Shown here one piece after another: positions 53,989 through 62,942 of a DNA stretch of 64,000 bases. The translations under genes were made by a program, and so were the position numbers. Every line of letters begins with the position of its first letter. The first letter of the stretch is position 1. Where the stretch lies: the IMG/VR virus record IMGVR_UViG_3300010052_000153, positions 1-64,000 of that record; one strand, given 5' to 3'. Source of the stretch: a virus (Duplodnaviria; Caudoviricetes). The notes below the pieces were generated by a model. That model was not told the DNA's origin, did no database searches, and saw only the letters and a program-made list of their open reading frames with translations.

Positions 53989-55316
53989 CCCATTGCTCCA
54001 AACAATGGCAGGTTGTCGTTGGCTGCCTGCTTTGACGCAAGTGGTGCGACACGCCACTCTGTTTCGATCCGCCTGCGGGCCATTGCGGCATATTCATGGT
54101 TGAGCTCGATGAGGGCAGCACGCCGCCCGTGACGGAGAGCAACCAGGGCAGTCGTCCCCGCCCCGCCGAATGGGTCAAGGATTACGCCGCCCTTCGGGGA
54201 ACCGGCGAGAATGCACCTCTCGGCCAGTTCTGGCGGGAACGTTGCGAAGTGGGCACCTGAGAAAGGCTGTGTCGCCATTGGCCAGACAGTCAGCGGCGCC
54301 GGCTCGTAGTTCCGCAGATATCGCCCGGATCCTCTGCCGAGTTCGTCGAGACCCGTGTGATTGATATGTCCTTGATGCCGAGGCGTTACCTCGATGATCT
54401 TGCCATGCTCGCGTCCACGGCGATGACGCGAGCCATGTCCGCCAGAACTGGTGTCCCATCCGTCAGGCATCTTAACGCGGCGATTTCCGGTTGCAGTGCG
54501 CTTTCCGGGTTCACCACCCACATACGAGCCACCTCGGTACGTCACCGCATCCTCGTCTGAGGTGCGGCCCTGGCGCACTTCTTCAGCATCGTAATAGGCG
54601 CCAATACGGAGCCAACGGGCGCCGTGCCGAGCAGGATCAGTAACCAAAGGGCAGGTCTCGTTAAGGTCAGGAAAGAAGCTCACTTCGCCTGTGTCTCTGG
54701 CGCGCCAGACTGCGCCGTCATCCGACTTCGTCAGAAGGAAGATCTTTTCGTGTGAGGTCGCCGGCCTTTGCGCGCCGGAGCTGTCCGGCATCGGATTGGT
54801 TTTGCCCCAGATGATTTCTGATCGAACCCACCAACCGGCGTCCTGCAGCGCAATCGCGAGGCGGTTCGGGATCATGCAGAGGTCTTTGGGCTTAAGGACG
54901 CCACCGCGACGGTCGAAGTGTTGACCCTCGCCACCATTGCTGCGGGCCTGAATTGGACTGATGGTCGAAAAAGGCTTATCTCGAAATGTGCGGTCGTCTT
55001 TGCCCGTTGACTTGATTTCAGACGCTGAACGTCCGTTCGGGCTTGTGGCATAACAGTCGCCGTAGTTGACCCACAGTGTCCCTGTCGGCTTGAGAACGCG
55101 CTTCACCGACTCGAATACTCGGACCATCATTTCCAGGTGTTCGCCCAGCGTTGGCTCAAGGCCAATTTGGCCGACTACTCCATAGTCGCGCAATCCCCAA
55201 TACGGAGGCGAGGTGACAACGCAGTCGATACTATCTTCGGGCATGCTTTCGAGCACATCGATGCAATCACCGACATGCATCGCGACCTTGCCATCAAGGA
55301 TCGTTTGTGCGCTCAT
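53985..55316 (-). CDS. N4-C/N6-A DNA methyltransferase (beta class)
   Basis: VTSPPYWGLRDY, HE.IFLLTK, HFATFP and LDPFGGAGTT motifs. Confidence 0.9.
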   Translation of the reverse strand: MSAQTILDGKVAMHVGDCIDVLESMPEDSIDCVVTSPPYWGLRDYGVVGQIGLEPTLGEHLEMMVRVFESVKRVLKPTGTLWVNYGDCYATSPNGRSASEIKSTGKDDRTFRDKPFSTISPIQARSNGGEGQHFDRRGGVLKPKDLCMIPNRLAIALQDAGWWVRSEIIWGKTNPMPDSSGAQRPATSHEKIFLLTKSDDGAVWRARDTGEVSFFPDLNETCPLVTDPARHGARWLRIGAYYDAEEVRQGRTSDEDAVTYRGGSYVGGEPGKRTATGNRRVKMPDGWDTSSGGHGSRHRRGREHGKIIEVTPRHQGHINHTGLDELGRGSGRYLRNYEPAPLTVWPMATQPFSGAHFATFPPELAERCILAGSPKGGVILDPFGGAGTTALVALRHGRRAALIELNHEYAAMARRRIETEWRVAPLASKQAANDNLPLFGAMG

Positions 55317-55516
55317 TTTCGCCCGTCCGGATTGATGCCGGCTTCGACGCACAGACGCGTTGCGTAGGTGCTACCAAGGCCGAAGACTTCCATGGCCAAG
55401 ACCCAATTCGGCTTGGCGCGCATGTGTAGGGAGGCGATTCGCCGAACGTTCCGCAGAACCAGGGCAGGCTTGACGCGAGACACCACGGTCTCGCGGAAGT
55501 GATCGTCTTCGTTCAT
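55313..55516 (-). CDS. Small protein with H2TH (S13-like) motif
   Basis: VFGLGSTYATRLCVEAGINPD. Confidence 0.55.
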   Translation of the reverse strand: MNEDDHFRETVVSRVKPALVLRNVRRIASLHMRAKPNWVLAMEVFGLGSTYATRLCVEAGINPDGRK

Positions 55517-55521
55517 TTGCG

Positions 55522-56040
55522 TCAGGCCGCCTTCACAGCGATCGTTTCACCCGGCTCGCCCATGCGAGCGCCCCGCACCTTTTTGCCGGCCATCAGCGCT
55601 TCCTTAATGGCCGCCTTGTCCGGCTCGATCCTCTCGCGCCGGTATGCCTTCGGCAGTTGGCGTTCATTCAGTATCTCAACCTTTGCCGGGGTCGCCCGAA
55701 CCGACAAGGTGGCCTCAACAAGTGGCGCTTTCGGAATGCCGCCGGCCTTCATCAAGCGGTGCATTAGACTGCGCATAGCTGCCTGCCGACGTTCATAACG
55801 CCACTTCCGAGACTGCAGATTAGAGATGCGCGAGGCAGTCGCGCTGACCATGGTTTCGGCGTCGCGCTCAACAGCCAACAAGCGTGACAGAACGTCGTAA
55901 GCAGAAGTGCTGCCCTCGATCATATCCGCCCGCAACGCTTCATCATCAGCAAGTTCGGGGTATTGAGCGAACAGGGACTCTATCTCAGCCTCGAGGTTGG
56001 CTACGTCGGCCTGAAGGAACGTTTCGTTGTTGCGCTTCAT
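55522..56040 (-). CDS. Siphovirus Gp157-like protein
   Basis: Coiled-coil N-terminus; LP..Y.....PDK.AIKEAL..G..V.GA; ends AA. Confidence 0.8.
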   Translation of the reverse strand: MKRNNETFLQADVANLEAEIESLFAQYPELADDEALRADMIEGSTSAYDVLSRLLAVERDAETMVSATASRISNLQSRKWRYERRQAAMRSLMHRLMKAGGIPKAPLVEATLSVRATPAKVEILNERQLPKAYRRERIEPDKAAIKEALMAGKKVRGARMGEPGETIAVKAA

Positions 56041-56276
56041 GGGGCAATCTTTCTGAACTCGTCTTTGTCGTGGTCTTCCGCGCGCGCATGAGCCTGCGCC
56101 AGGCGGATCGCGTCGTGGCGGACGATTATCCATCCGCTGGCGCGCAGATGAGCGATGATCGCATCGGCCTGTTCGCTGGCTGCGTCGGTCAATGGATAGA
56201 CGAGGCGCATGGCGCGTCGCTGGTATTCAATGAGCGCTTCCGCAATGCGCGCTCTTGGCTCAGAACGGGATGTCAT
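56037..56276 (-). CDS. Hypothetical phage protein
   Basis: 79 aa, coupled to neighbours. Confidence 0.55.
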   Translation of the reverse strand: MTSRSEPRARIAEALIEYQRRAMRLVYPLTDAASEQADAIIAHLRASGWIIVRHDAIRLAQAHARAEDHDKDEFRKIAP

Positions 56277-59076
56277 CCATTGCCCTCAAGTCGTCTTCGG
56301 AAAGATGGCTCAGCCCGCCGCGCCAATTGTCGTTGTCGGCAGACATGTCGTTGTCGTTATCTGCCACCTGCTTTTGATCTCCTGTGCGGTGGTCTAGAAC
56401 ATTCCAAAATCGGCCATTGGGCTCGACCTCGATTTCCGATGTCACGAAAAGTTCCGTCTGGCGTTCAAGCCACTCAAGCGCGGACTTAGGGAAAGGGAGC
56501 TTTCCGCCGTGACGACGCCAATACCGGTCCGCGTTCGCCTTCGCTCGCCCCCGGTGCGCCGGGCAACACCACTCATTGATAGCGTTCGGGCCACACATGT
56601 AGGCAACCTTGACGCTGTCGGGCTTTCCTCCTTTCCCTTCGTGATACCGAAAGGCTCGTGACTTTACTTCGCGCCAACGTGCATCGCCCGTCGACAAGAT
56701 CGGCGCGTCGCTTGCTTGGTCATTCAGCTTCGGCTCTGGTGCCGGGAATTGATGGCCGCATTTCCAGCAGACCTGCACCGATGCGTGCAGCTCCTCAATG
56801 CACGACGGACAGACCTTGATTGGCGCGTCGCCGTCGCCCTTCCCTGGCTTCTTCGGCTCGATCATATCTACCGGACCGTGCCGACGCAGGTTGCCGGCGA
56901 AGTCCATGTAACGACAATCGCGCTTCGGCCCGGCTGCTATGGCCGCACGGCGCCCCGCGGCGTCCGTAGCGTCGGGGTCAAACCCGAGCGGGTATATCAC
57001 CCGCGTGCCACGGCCAACGCGCTGTACGTACCGCGAGGCGGACGCTGTGGGCGCCTGGTCGACGATTAGGTCTATGCCCGGTACATTGGTGCCCGTGGAC
57101 ATGACATTGTCGTTTGTTAGTGACCAGATTTCTCCAGCCTTCAGTGCGGCAATAAGGTTGCGTCGCAAGGTCGGGTCAGTGCCGCCATGGATCACTTCGC
57201 AGGACTTGCCGGCATCTAGGACAAGGTCACGCATGTGGGTCGCGTGCGCGACGCCAGCGCAAAAGAAAAGCGCACTGCGACGATGCCCTTCGACGTCTAA
57301 AACCTCCTGAAGAATGCGACGGTTTAGTTCATCCTTGTCGACGGCCGCCTGGAGTGCCGACTTCTTGAAGTCCCCTCCCAATTTTCCGACGCCGGACACG
57401 TCTTGGCGTACCGAGGTCGGGGTCGAGGTGATCGGCGACAAATAGCCATCATCGATGCCCGCCCGGATGCCGTAGGTGTAGACCACCTTGTCGAACAGCC
57501 GATCATCGCCTTCATCCAATCGCCCGCTGTCCAGGCGATACGGCGTTGCCGTAAACCCGCATATCTTCATGTCCGGGTTGATGGCGAGTAGCGCATCGAT
57601 GAAAGTGCGATACATCGTGTTCTGCCTCGCCGGCACGAGGTGAACCTCGTCGATCAACAGCACGTCGACGTGACCGATTTCCGCAGCCTTGTTGTAGACG
57701 GTCTGGAGTTGGGCAAAGAGGATCTGCGCCGATGCGCGCCGTTGGTTTAGCGATGCCGCATAAATGCCGGCCGGGGCGAATGGATAGATACCGAGGAGCT
57801 CAAGGTAGTTGCCCTCGATTAGCTCGACGACATGCGTCACGCAGGCGACTCGTATGTCGGGATAATCGCGAAGCATCTCTTTCGAGAGCGTGGCCATCGT
57901 CATCGACTTTCCAGTGTTGTGATGCACCGTAAAGTCGCCGGTCAGATACAGATGGTCGCCGTCAAGCGCGAAGCCGTAGTAGTCTCCAACTCCGATCGGC
58001 TCGACAGTGAAGCTTGTCACAAGCGGGGACTTCTTCTGCAGTCGCGGCAGGGCCTGCTTGCGCTTTATCCTAGTAGGAATGGAATGAGTGTCACCAGAGA
58101 TAGACACTCGCCAATACGATCCACCGCGTCCGTTCTGGTCGCGCTTTTGGCATACCTTCGCATAGGCCGCGAAACCTAGACTTCGCGAGATAAAAGCGAC
58201 GTCTTCCGCAAGTTGCTTCGATTTGGAAATAAAGTCGAACGAGTTAGGTCCGGCTAGGCTCCCATCTGTGTCGATGATTCCGGCGAGCAATTCCAAGCGG
58301 TCATCACGACTTGAAGTCTTGTAGGCGTGTGGAACGCACTTTTCCTCACATCGCAGGCCATATACCCCAGCCGATTGCAGCTTGATCACCAATTTGTTGC
58401 GGCGAGTGTTCCTGGCATTGTCATCGGAAGCGTGCACAGAAACGGCGATGTTATCTGGCTTCTGTCTAACGCGGCACCGAAGACCAATTGCCTCGACATA
58501 TTCTTGAAACTCATTGATGACTGCGTCGTCGGCATTCGTGATCGAAACGCCGTTTGTCATACTGCCGTCGCCGAGAAGAATTCCTATTATCCAGGCGGGG
58601 ACAGGGAGCGGATTGTCGTTGGCTGGAAACTCAACCCCTGTCCGCCAGAGCTTGTGCAGGTGCTTCCAATTCGCAGACTTAACGAGATAATCCGATAGAC
58701 GAACGTTCTTGACCTCGCCACCTGACGTTTTGCAGGCGGGATAGCGCACCGCTACGGCGCCTTGGTTTGTGGTTTTCAAGGACAGAATATGTCCTTCATT
58801 CACAACAAACGGATCCCCCTTCGTTGGGGTTACTCGATACATCATCTCACGACCACGCGCCAAGGAAAGCACGCGCCGAGGGCGGCTATCCGGCCCCATG
58901 ACGTTATCGTTTGCAGCGACGAGTTCGACAGGCTTGGTTGTGCCGTCGTGCATGAGAATTTGGGTGCCGGCTGCATGGCATCCAGTGGCCATGTCGATAA
59001 GCGGATGGCCGGGGGTCTCTGCCCAATAGGCAAAGACGGAGTCCACGGCCTCCCGCTGGTAGTAGCGAAGTGGCAT
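56260..59076 (-). CDS. SF2 (DEAD/H-like) helicase with intein and C-terminal Zn ribbon
   Basis: LRYYQ, ATG|TGKS, IDEVH, TATP, STG...P.ID and QRVGRG motifs; C..C....C..C; ends DDIPF. Confidence 0.9.
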   Translation of the reverse strand: MPLRYYQREAVDSVFAYWAETPGHPLIDMATGCHAAGTQILMHDGTTKPVELVAANDNVMGPDSRPRRVLSLARGREMMYRVTPTKGDPFVVNEGHILSLKTTNQGAVAVRYPACKTSGGEVKNVRLSDYLVKSANWKHLHKLWRTGVEFPANDNPLPVPAWIIGILLGDGSMTNGVSITNADDAVINEFQEYVEAIGLRCRVRQKPDNIAVSVHASDDNARNTRRNKLVIKLQSAGVYGLRCEEKCVPHAYKTSSRDDRLELLAGIIDTDGSLAGPNSFDFISKSKQLAEDVAFISRSLGFAAYAKVCQKRDQNGRGGSYWRVSISGDTHSIPTRIKRKQALPRLQKKSPLVTSFTVEPIGVGDYYGFALDGDHLYLTGDFTVHHNTGKSMTMATLSKEMLRDYPDIRVACVTHVVELIEGNYLELLGIYPFAPAGIYAASLNQRRASAQILFAQLQTVYNKAAEIGHVDVLLIDEVHLVPARQNTMYRTFIDALLAINPDMKICGFTATPYRLDSGRLDEGDDRLFDKVVYTYGIRAGIDDGYLSPITSTPTSVRQDVSGVGKLGGDFKKSALQAAVDKDELNRRILQEVLDVEGHRRSALFFCAGVAHATHMRDLVLDAGKSCEVIHGGTDPTLRRNLIAALKAGEIWSLTNDNVMSTGTNVPGIDLIVDQAPTASASRYVQRVGRGTRVIYPLGFDPDATDAAGRRAAIAAGPKRDCRYMDFAGNLRRHGPVDMIEPKKPGKGDGDAPIKVCPSCIEELHASVQVCWKCGHQFPAPEPKLNDQASDAPILSTGDARWREVKSRAFRYHEGKGGKPDSVKVAYMCGPNAINEWCCPAHRGRAKANADRYWRRHGGKLPFPKSALEWLERQTELFVTSEIEVEPNGRFWNVLDHRTGDQKQVADNDNDMSADNDNWRGGLSHLSEDDLRAMDDIPF
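57916..58980 (-). mobile_element. Intein (355 aa) with LAGLIDADG homing endonuclease, inserted in helicase Walker A
   Basis: Starts with Cys (CHAAGT), ends HHN followed by +1 Thr; ILLGDGS and LAGIIDTDGS motifs; splicing restores MATGTGKS. Confidence 0.92.
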
Positions 59077-59089
59077 CAAAAACCTAGAA

Positions 59090-59584
59090 TCAGGCTGCGA
59101 ATTTGGCGATCGAACTGCGCGCCCGCACGGTCAACTGGCGCACCCGTTCCTTCGAAAGACCTTCGGTTTCTCCGATCTCGTGAAGCATTTCCCCTTGCGC
59201 AAGGCGCAGCAACATCTTGCCGCCGCGAGTTTCCGACAACACCGAGACAAGTTTGGCCAGATCAGCACTGTCATCTTGTGTTGGCGCGACTGACAACCCG
59301 CGGACTTGCGGGCTGTTGTCGTTTGCAACGGTTAGTCCGCGCAAACGGTCCCTCCTCCGTCGATCTTTGGTCGCGTTCAACAGTCGGAACATGAGCCATC
59401 GATGGAAGCTGCCTTCGGGACGGAACTTCTGCCAGTTCGCGAGCGCATCAGCAAAAACATCCTGCAGAACTTCATCACGCTCATTCGGGTGGCAATAGCG
59501 AGCAATAAGCGCCCTGAGCATCGGCAGATGCGCCATCAAACGCGCATCGAACTCGCGCGGACGATTGTCGTTTGCGGGGGTCAT
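59090..59584 (-). CDS. ECF-like sigma70-family factor
   Basis: D.LQD.F..AL.....F......F..WL (region 2); L.EIG...GLSKERVRQL (region 4). Confidence 0.8.
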   Translation of the reverse strand: MTPANDNRPREFDARLMAHLPMLRALIARYCHPNERDEVLQDVFADALANWQKFRPEGSFHRWLMFRLLNATKDRRRRDRLRGLTVANDNSPQVRGLSVAPTQDDSADLAKLVSVLSETRGGKMLLRLAQGEMLHEIGETEGLSKERVRQLTVRARSSIAKFAA

Positions 59585-60537
59585 GCTGCGGCCTCCATTT
59601 CCCGCGCGTTGTCGTTTGCCGCGCCGTCGATCCAAGTTTTTCCGTTTCGCAGGCGATAAGTAACCGTTTCGGCTTCATCGTCGCTGTCGATCAATTCGCC
59701 GGGTACCAGCGCCGGGATATGCAGATGCGCGGGACACCCCGCCTTCTGTTCGTCCACGGACAAAGGCTTCGACCACCTGGCGCACGACCAATGGGCATCA
59801 CCGCCCATCTCAGGCGTGCTGTGGAGGCACGACCGGCATGTCACACGTGGCCACGCACCATCGTGGCAAACCGACTTGTGGCGGCAGAACATGCAGCCAA
59901 AGAAGGCCGGGTCTTCACTGATGCGCGAGGGCGGCTCCGGGGAGTTGATGATGCGTTCGCATCGCGCCAACTGCCGCATGCAATAGTCGGCATCGTAGTG
60001 GATGCGCTCGACGTAAATGGTGTCGGTGTTCTTGCACGACGCCATGTACAGCGCGCGCGTCAACCCGAACGCATGGCAGCCAATCTGACATTGCCCGTAA
60101 TGCAACGGCTTCGCCTTCTTGCATCCTTCCTTTTCCAGTTTCTTGATGCCGTCTTCGTTCGAAGATTTGAACTCGCAGAGGTGCTCGGTCTTCGGCGCTT
60201 CGGGAATGCCGATCGCCGTGCCGTCGCGTTTGCCGCGAACATGTCCGCCCACCAGGCGAATACGATCCTGCTCGCCCCAAACTTCGACACCGATACGCTG
60301 CAGGTCGGCAATCAGCCGACCTTCTTCCAAGTTGCCGGTTTCAAACAGCCGCAGCTTGCGTCCGTTTAGGACTTCGGGCTTGCTGACCCAATGCAGGCCG
60401 AACCAAAGCGCGCGATCGCATTCTTGGCCGATGTCGCCAACACTTATGCCTAAGCTATCGTAGTGGCGGTTAGCGGCTTCGTAGGCGGCGTAAATTGCGC
60501 GGACGGTTGACGACTGCGGCTTCGGTATCGGCGCCAC
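59581..60537 (-). CDS. Cas4-like PD-(D/E)XK exonuclease
   Basis: C.RALW, F.TG..EE, G..DG, EFKS, HY.Q.Q and C.FC....C motifs. Confidence 0.8.
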   Translation of the reverse strand: MAPIPKPQSSTVRAIYAAYEAANRHYDSLGISVGDIGQECDRALWFGLHWVSKPEVLNGRKLRLFETGNLEEGRLIADLQRIGVEVWGEQDRIRLVGGHVRGKRDGTAIGIPEAPKTEHLCEFKSSNEDGIKKLEKEGCKKAKPLHYGQCQIGCHAFGLTRALYMASCKNTDTIYVERIHYDADYCMRQLARCERIINSPEPPSRISEDPAFFGCMFCRHKSVCHDGAWPRVTCRSCLHSTPEMGGDAHWSCARWSKPLSVDEQKAGCPAHLHIPALVPGELIDSDDEAETVTYRLRNGKTWIDGAANDNAREMEAAA

Positions 60538-60605
60538 TAAGCAGCCACCGCTATTTTACGGATTGGATCGAGAACATCGCGCCATAGGGGTGGTGCGTTC
60601 TTCAT
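60537..60605 (-). CDS. 22-aa micro-ORF MKNAPPLWRDVLDPIRKIAVAA
   Basis: Start overlaps the upstream stop (ATGA); its TAG overlaps the next GTG start. Confidence 0.5.
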   Translation of the reverse strand: MKNAPPLWRDVLDPIRKIAVAA

Positions 60606-60778
60606 GAAGCCTTCCTTGAGCGGAGCCATTGTTCGCTGGTCATTGGCTTACCTGCGACACGAAGGCAGTCTTCAGCCACACGGTAGAGATCCTCTGCGGG
60701 CTCCTTGCCGCGGAGAGCCAACGCACCCTCAAACAGCCATTGCGCGGCCACTTCGAGTTGGATTGATGGTGCGGTCAT
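60602..60778 (-). CDS. Hypothetical small protein
   Basis: ATGA-coupled start 60778. Confidence 0.55.
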   Translation of the reverse strand: MTAPSIQLEVAAQWLFEGALALRGKEPAEDLYRVAEDCLRVAGKPMTSEQWLRSRKAS

Positions 60779-60966
60779 GGTGCGACGGCCTCTCTGTAGG
60801 CATCTTCGCACTCGGACTTCGACATCCACTTGGGCATAAAGGCTCTCTCTAGGGTGGTTATCGCGTCGTCGTATGCTCCGCGCCGAATATCATTGATCGC
60901 GTCGACCGCTGCTTCGCGCGCGGCCCACTCATCATCGTCGTCCAAGTCGTCCCTCAACACCATCAC
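60775..60966 (-). CDS. Hypothetical acidic small protein
   Basis: 63 aa, coupled to clamp gene. Confidence 0.55.
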   Translation of the reverse strand: MMVLRDDLDDDDEWAAREAAVDAINDIRRGAYDDAITTLERAFMPKWMSKSECEDAYREAVAP

Positions 60967-62009
60967 ACCCTCATCGGCATGCCGACGACCCGCAAATTGG
61001 CGTTGGACGGACTGCTAAACAGGAGGGGGCTCCCGCTATCAAAGATGGCAATCTGGATAATCCCGTCTGGCAGGGCAGCCAGGATGTCGGACAGATATTG
61101 CGCATTGATGCCGACCTCGACCGGATCACCATCGTAGTTGCACTCGACAACGTCGGTTGCCTCACCGGACCCGCGCGCCAAAAGCGATATCTGGCCGCCA
61201 GCTACTGACAAGCGCACCCCGCGACCGCGATCTGACGAAACCACGATGACGCGCGCCGCAGCCGCGCGAAGCTCGGCCGCATCCACCTGAATTAGCTTGT
61301 CATTGCTCTTAGGAATGACGCGCTCATAATCGGGAAACGTGCCATCGATCAGCTTCGATGTGATGACGACGTTCGGCGCGGTGAAGCGCACCTTTGAATC
61401 CGATAGCTCCACCTTAAGCGTACCTTCCGGCAAAAGACCCACGGTCTTGCGCGGTATGATTGCTGGCACGAAACGACCCACGCCTTCAGTCGTCTGCGTC
61501 GACAGGCGGTGGCCGTCCGTTGCGCACGCAACAAGCAGTCCATCCTGCTCGTGTAGGTAGACCCCGTTGAGATAGAATCGCGTCTGCTCTGTGGACATGG
61601 CGAACGACACAGGCGCCAGAAACGATGATAGGTCAGCTTCGAATTCGATCTCGAACGCCCCTGCATTCATGTCAGGGAAGTCGGAGGTGGGCAGAACTTC
61701 CAGCTTGTACTTCGAACGCCCGGATCGAAGTGTGGCGCCGTGTCCGTCCTCCTCAAGAAGAAGGTCGTCGCCCGTGACCCGGCTTACAATGCTGGCCAAA
61801 AGTTTGGCATCGATGCACGCAGCGAAGTCTCCATCTTCGGCCGAAATGCTGCCTGATACTTCGATGTCCAAATCAGTAGCAGACACAGTCAGTGTACCCG
61901 CCTCTGCGACGAGCCGAACCGTCGACAGAATAGGAATGGTGTTGCGGCCTTCGACAACTTTGACGGTGTCGGTCAACAGGCGTGCGAAATTTTGGCGCGA
62001 AACGCGCAT
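60963..62009 (-). CDS. dnaN: DNA polymerase III beta sliding clamp homologue
   Basis: RNTIPILS, ATDLDI, TEQTRFYLNG, ATDGHRL, SKLIDGTFPDY.RVIP, IN..YL and VGMPMRV motifs; GGAG RBS. Confidence 0.92.
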   Translation of the reverse strand: MRVSRQNFARLLTDTVKVVEGRNTIPILSTVRLVAEAGTLTVSATDLDIEVSGSISAEDGDFAACIDAKLLASIVSRVTGDDLLLEEDGHGATLRSGRSKYKLEVLPTSDFPDMNAGAFEIEFEADLSSFLAPVSFAMSTEQTRFYLNGVYLHEQDGLLVACATDGHRLSTQTTEGVGRFVPAIIPRKTVGLLPEGTLKVELSDSKVRFTAPNVVITSKLIDGTFPDYERVIPKSNDKLIQVDAAELRAAAARVIVVSSDRGRGVRLSVAGGQISLLARGSGEATDVVECNYDGDPVEVGINAQYLSDILAALPDGIIQIAIFDSGSPLLFSSPSNANLRVVGMPMRV

Positions 62010-62070
62010 GGGGAAGTCTCCGAAGGGGGGTGGTGGGCGGCGCGTACGCCGCCCCATGACAGCAAGAACT

Positions 62071-62310
62071 CTAAGCGATGAGTTCGCCGACCTTGCCGCG
62101 CACGCGACTAGCGCGTGCCTTGATTGCCTCAAGGTCTTCCGCCCGCGCATTTGCGTTCACGGCAGCCTGACGCTCGCGTGCAGCCTCGGCAGCCTTGTCC
62201 GCTTCGAACTTCTCAAGCGCGGCGTCGATCTTCGTGAGTGCACGAAGGATGCCGTCCAGCGATTGGCCACCAAAGCCGAATGCCGCAAGCAACTTGATGA
62301 AGATGTTCAT
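62071..62310 (-). CDS. Hypothetical coiled-coil protein
   Basis: 79 aa; GGGA RBS. Confidence 0.6.
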   Translation of the reverse strand: MNIFIKLLAAFGFGGQSLDGILRALTKIDAALEKFEADKAAEAARERQAAVNANARAEDLEAIKARASRVRGKVGELIA

Positions 62311-62321
62311 ATCCCGTTCCC

Positions 62322-62942
62322 CTATTTCTTTGCGCCCCACGGGAGGCGGCGACCGGTGGCCGCCGACGTCCCCGATGCGGTCTGCGTCTGCGACGCCTGG
62401 CGATTGTCGTTGGCCGACTGACGTCCGTTGTCGTTCGCGGGTGCAGCCGGTCGATTCGGCTGAACAGCGTCTAGGGCGGGTTCAGGCACGTTGCCTTCGT
62501 CGGGGAAGAAGTATCGCTTCACCTCCATCCGAGCCGGGTACTTCGGAGTGCCGTCAGCGTTCTTTTCTTTAGACGGTTTACCGAGCCCCAAACGGACAGT
62601 GTAACTGATGAAGTGGAGCTGCTCAGAGTCTTCAATTTCCTCGATCTGGCAGGCCCGACGAAGGCAGGCAAACTCACGCTGCCCGATCTCCGCCGCCTGG
62701 CTGTTTTTGTGTTCGAGGTTGATGAACCCGAAATACTTCCGCCCTTTGATCTCCTCCGGCGCCAGCACGTTGGCCGTGTACTTTAGGCCGTTGCCGACAC
62801 GCGCATTCTCGGGACCGGTTTCGATGATCTCTGTTGTCTCAATTTCGAACTGCACGATACCCGCCGGCAGATCCTCGAAATCGCGCTGCGTGGTATCGAC
62901 GTCACCCGCGGTATATGTTTTGCCAAAACTGGCCATTCTCAA
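62322..62942 (-). CDS. SSB-like protein (DUF669-type)
   Basis: LPAG....I, G......F..., Q......LH and disordered tail ending PW. Confidence 0.7.
   Translation of the reverse strand: MRMASFGKTYTAGDVDTTQRDFEDLPAGIVQFEIETTEIIETGPENARVGNGLKYTANVLAPEEIKGRKYFGFINLEHKNSQAAEIGQREFACLRRACQIEEIEDSEQLHFISYTVRLGLGKPSKEKNADGTPKYPARMEVKRYFFPDEGNVPEPALDAVQPNRPAAPANDNGRQSANDNRQASQTQTASGTSAATGRRLPWGAKK

Noticed and set aside
62035-62054. GC hairpin upstream of the clamp gene as a terminator
   Set aside because: No U-tract on either strand; at most a stability or processing element
2850-62150. Long N-terminal extensions in the ORF track (e.g. 3908, 7690, 9216, 47043, 50192, 55352, 62150)
   Set aside because: They overlap neighbouring genes. 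Downstream starts have RBS or ATGA coupling and match family N-termini (e.g. SRAP needs Cys2).
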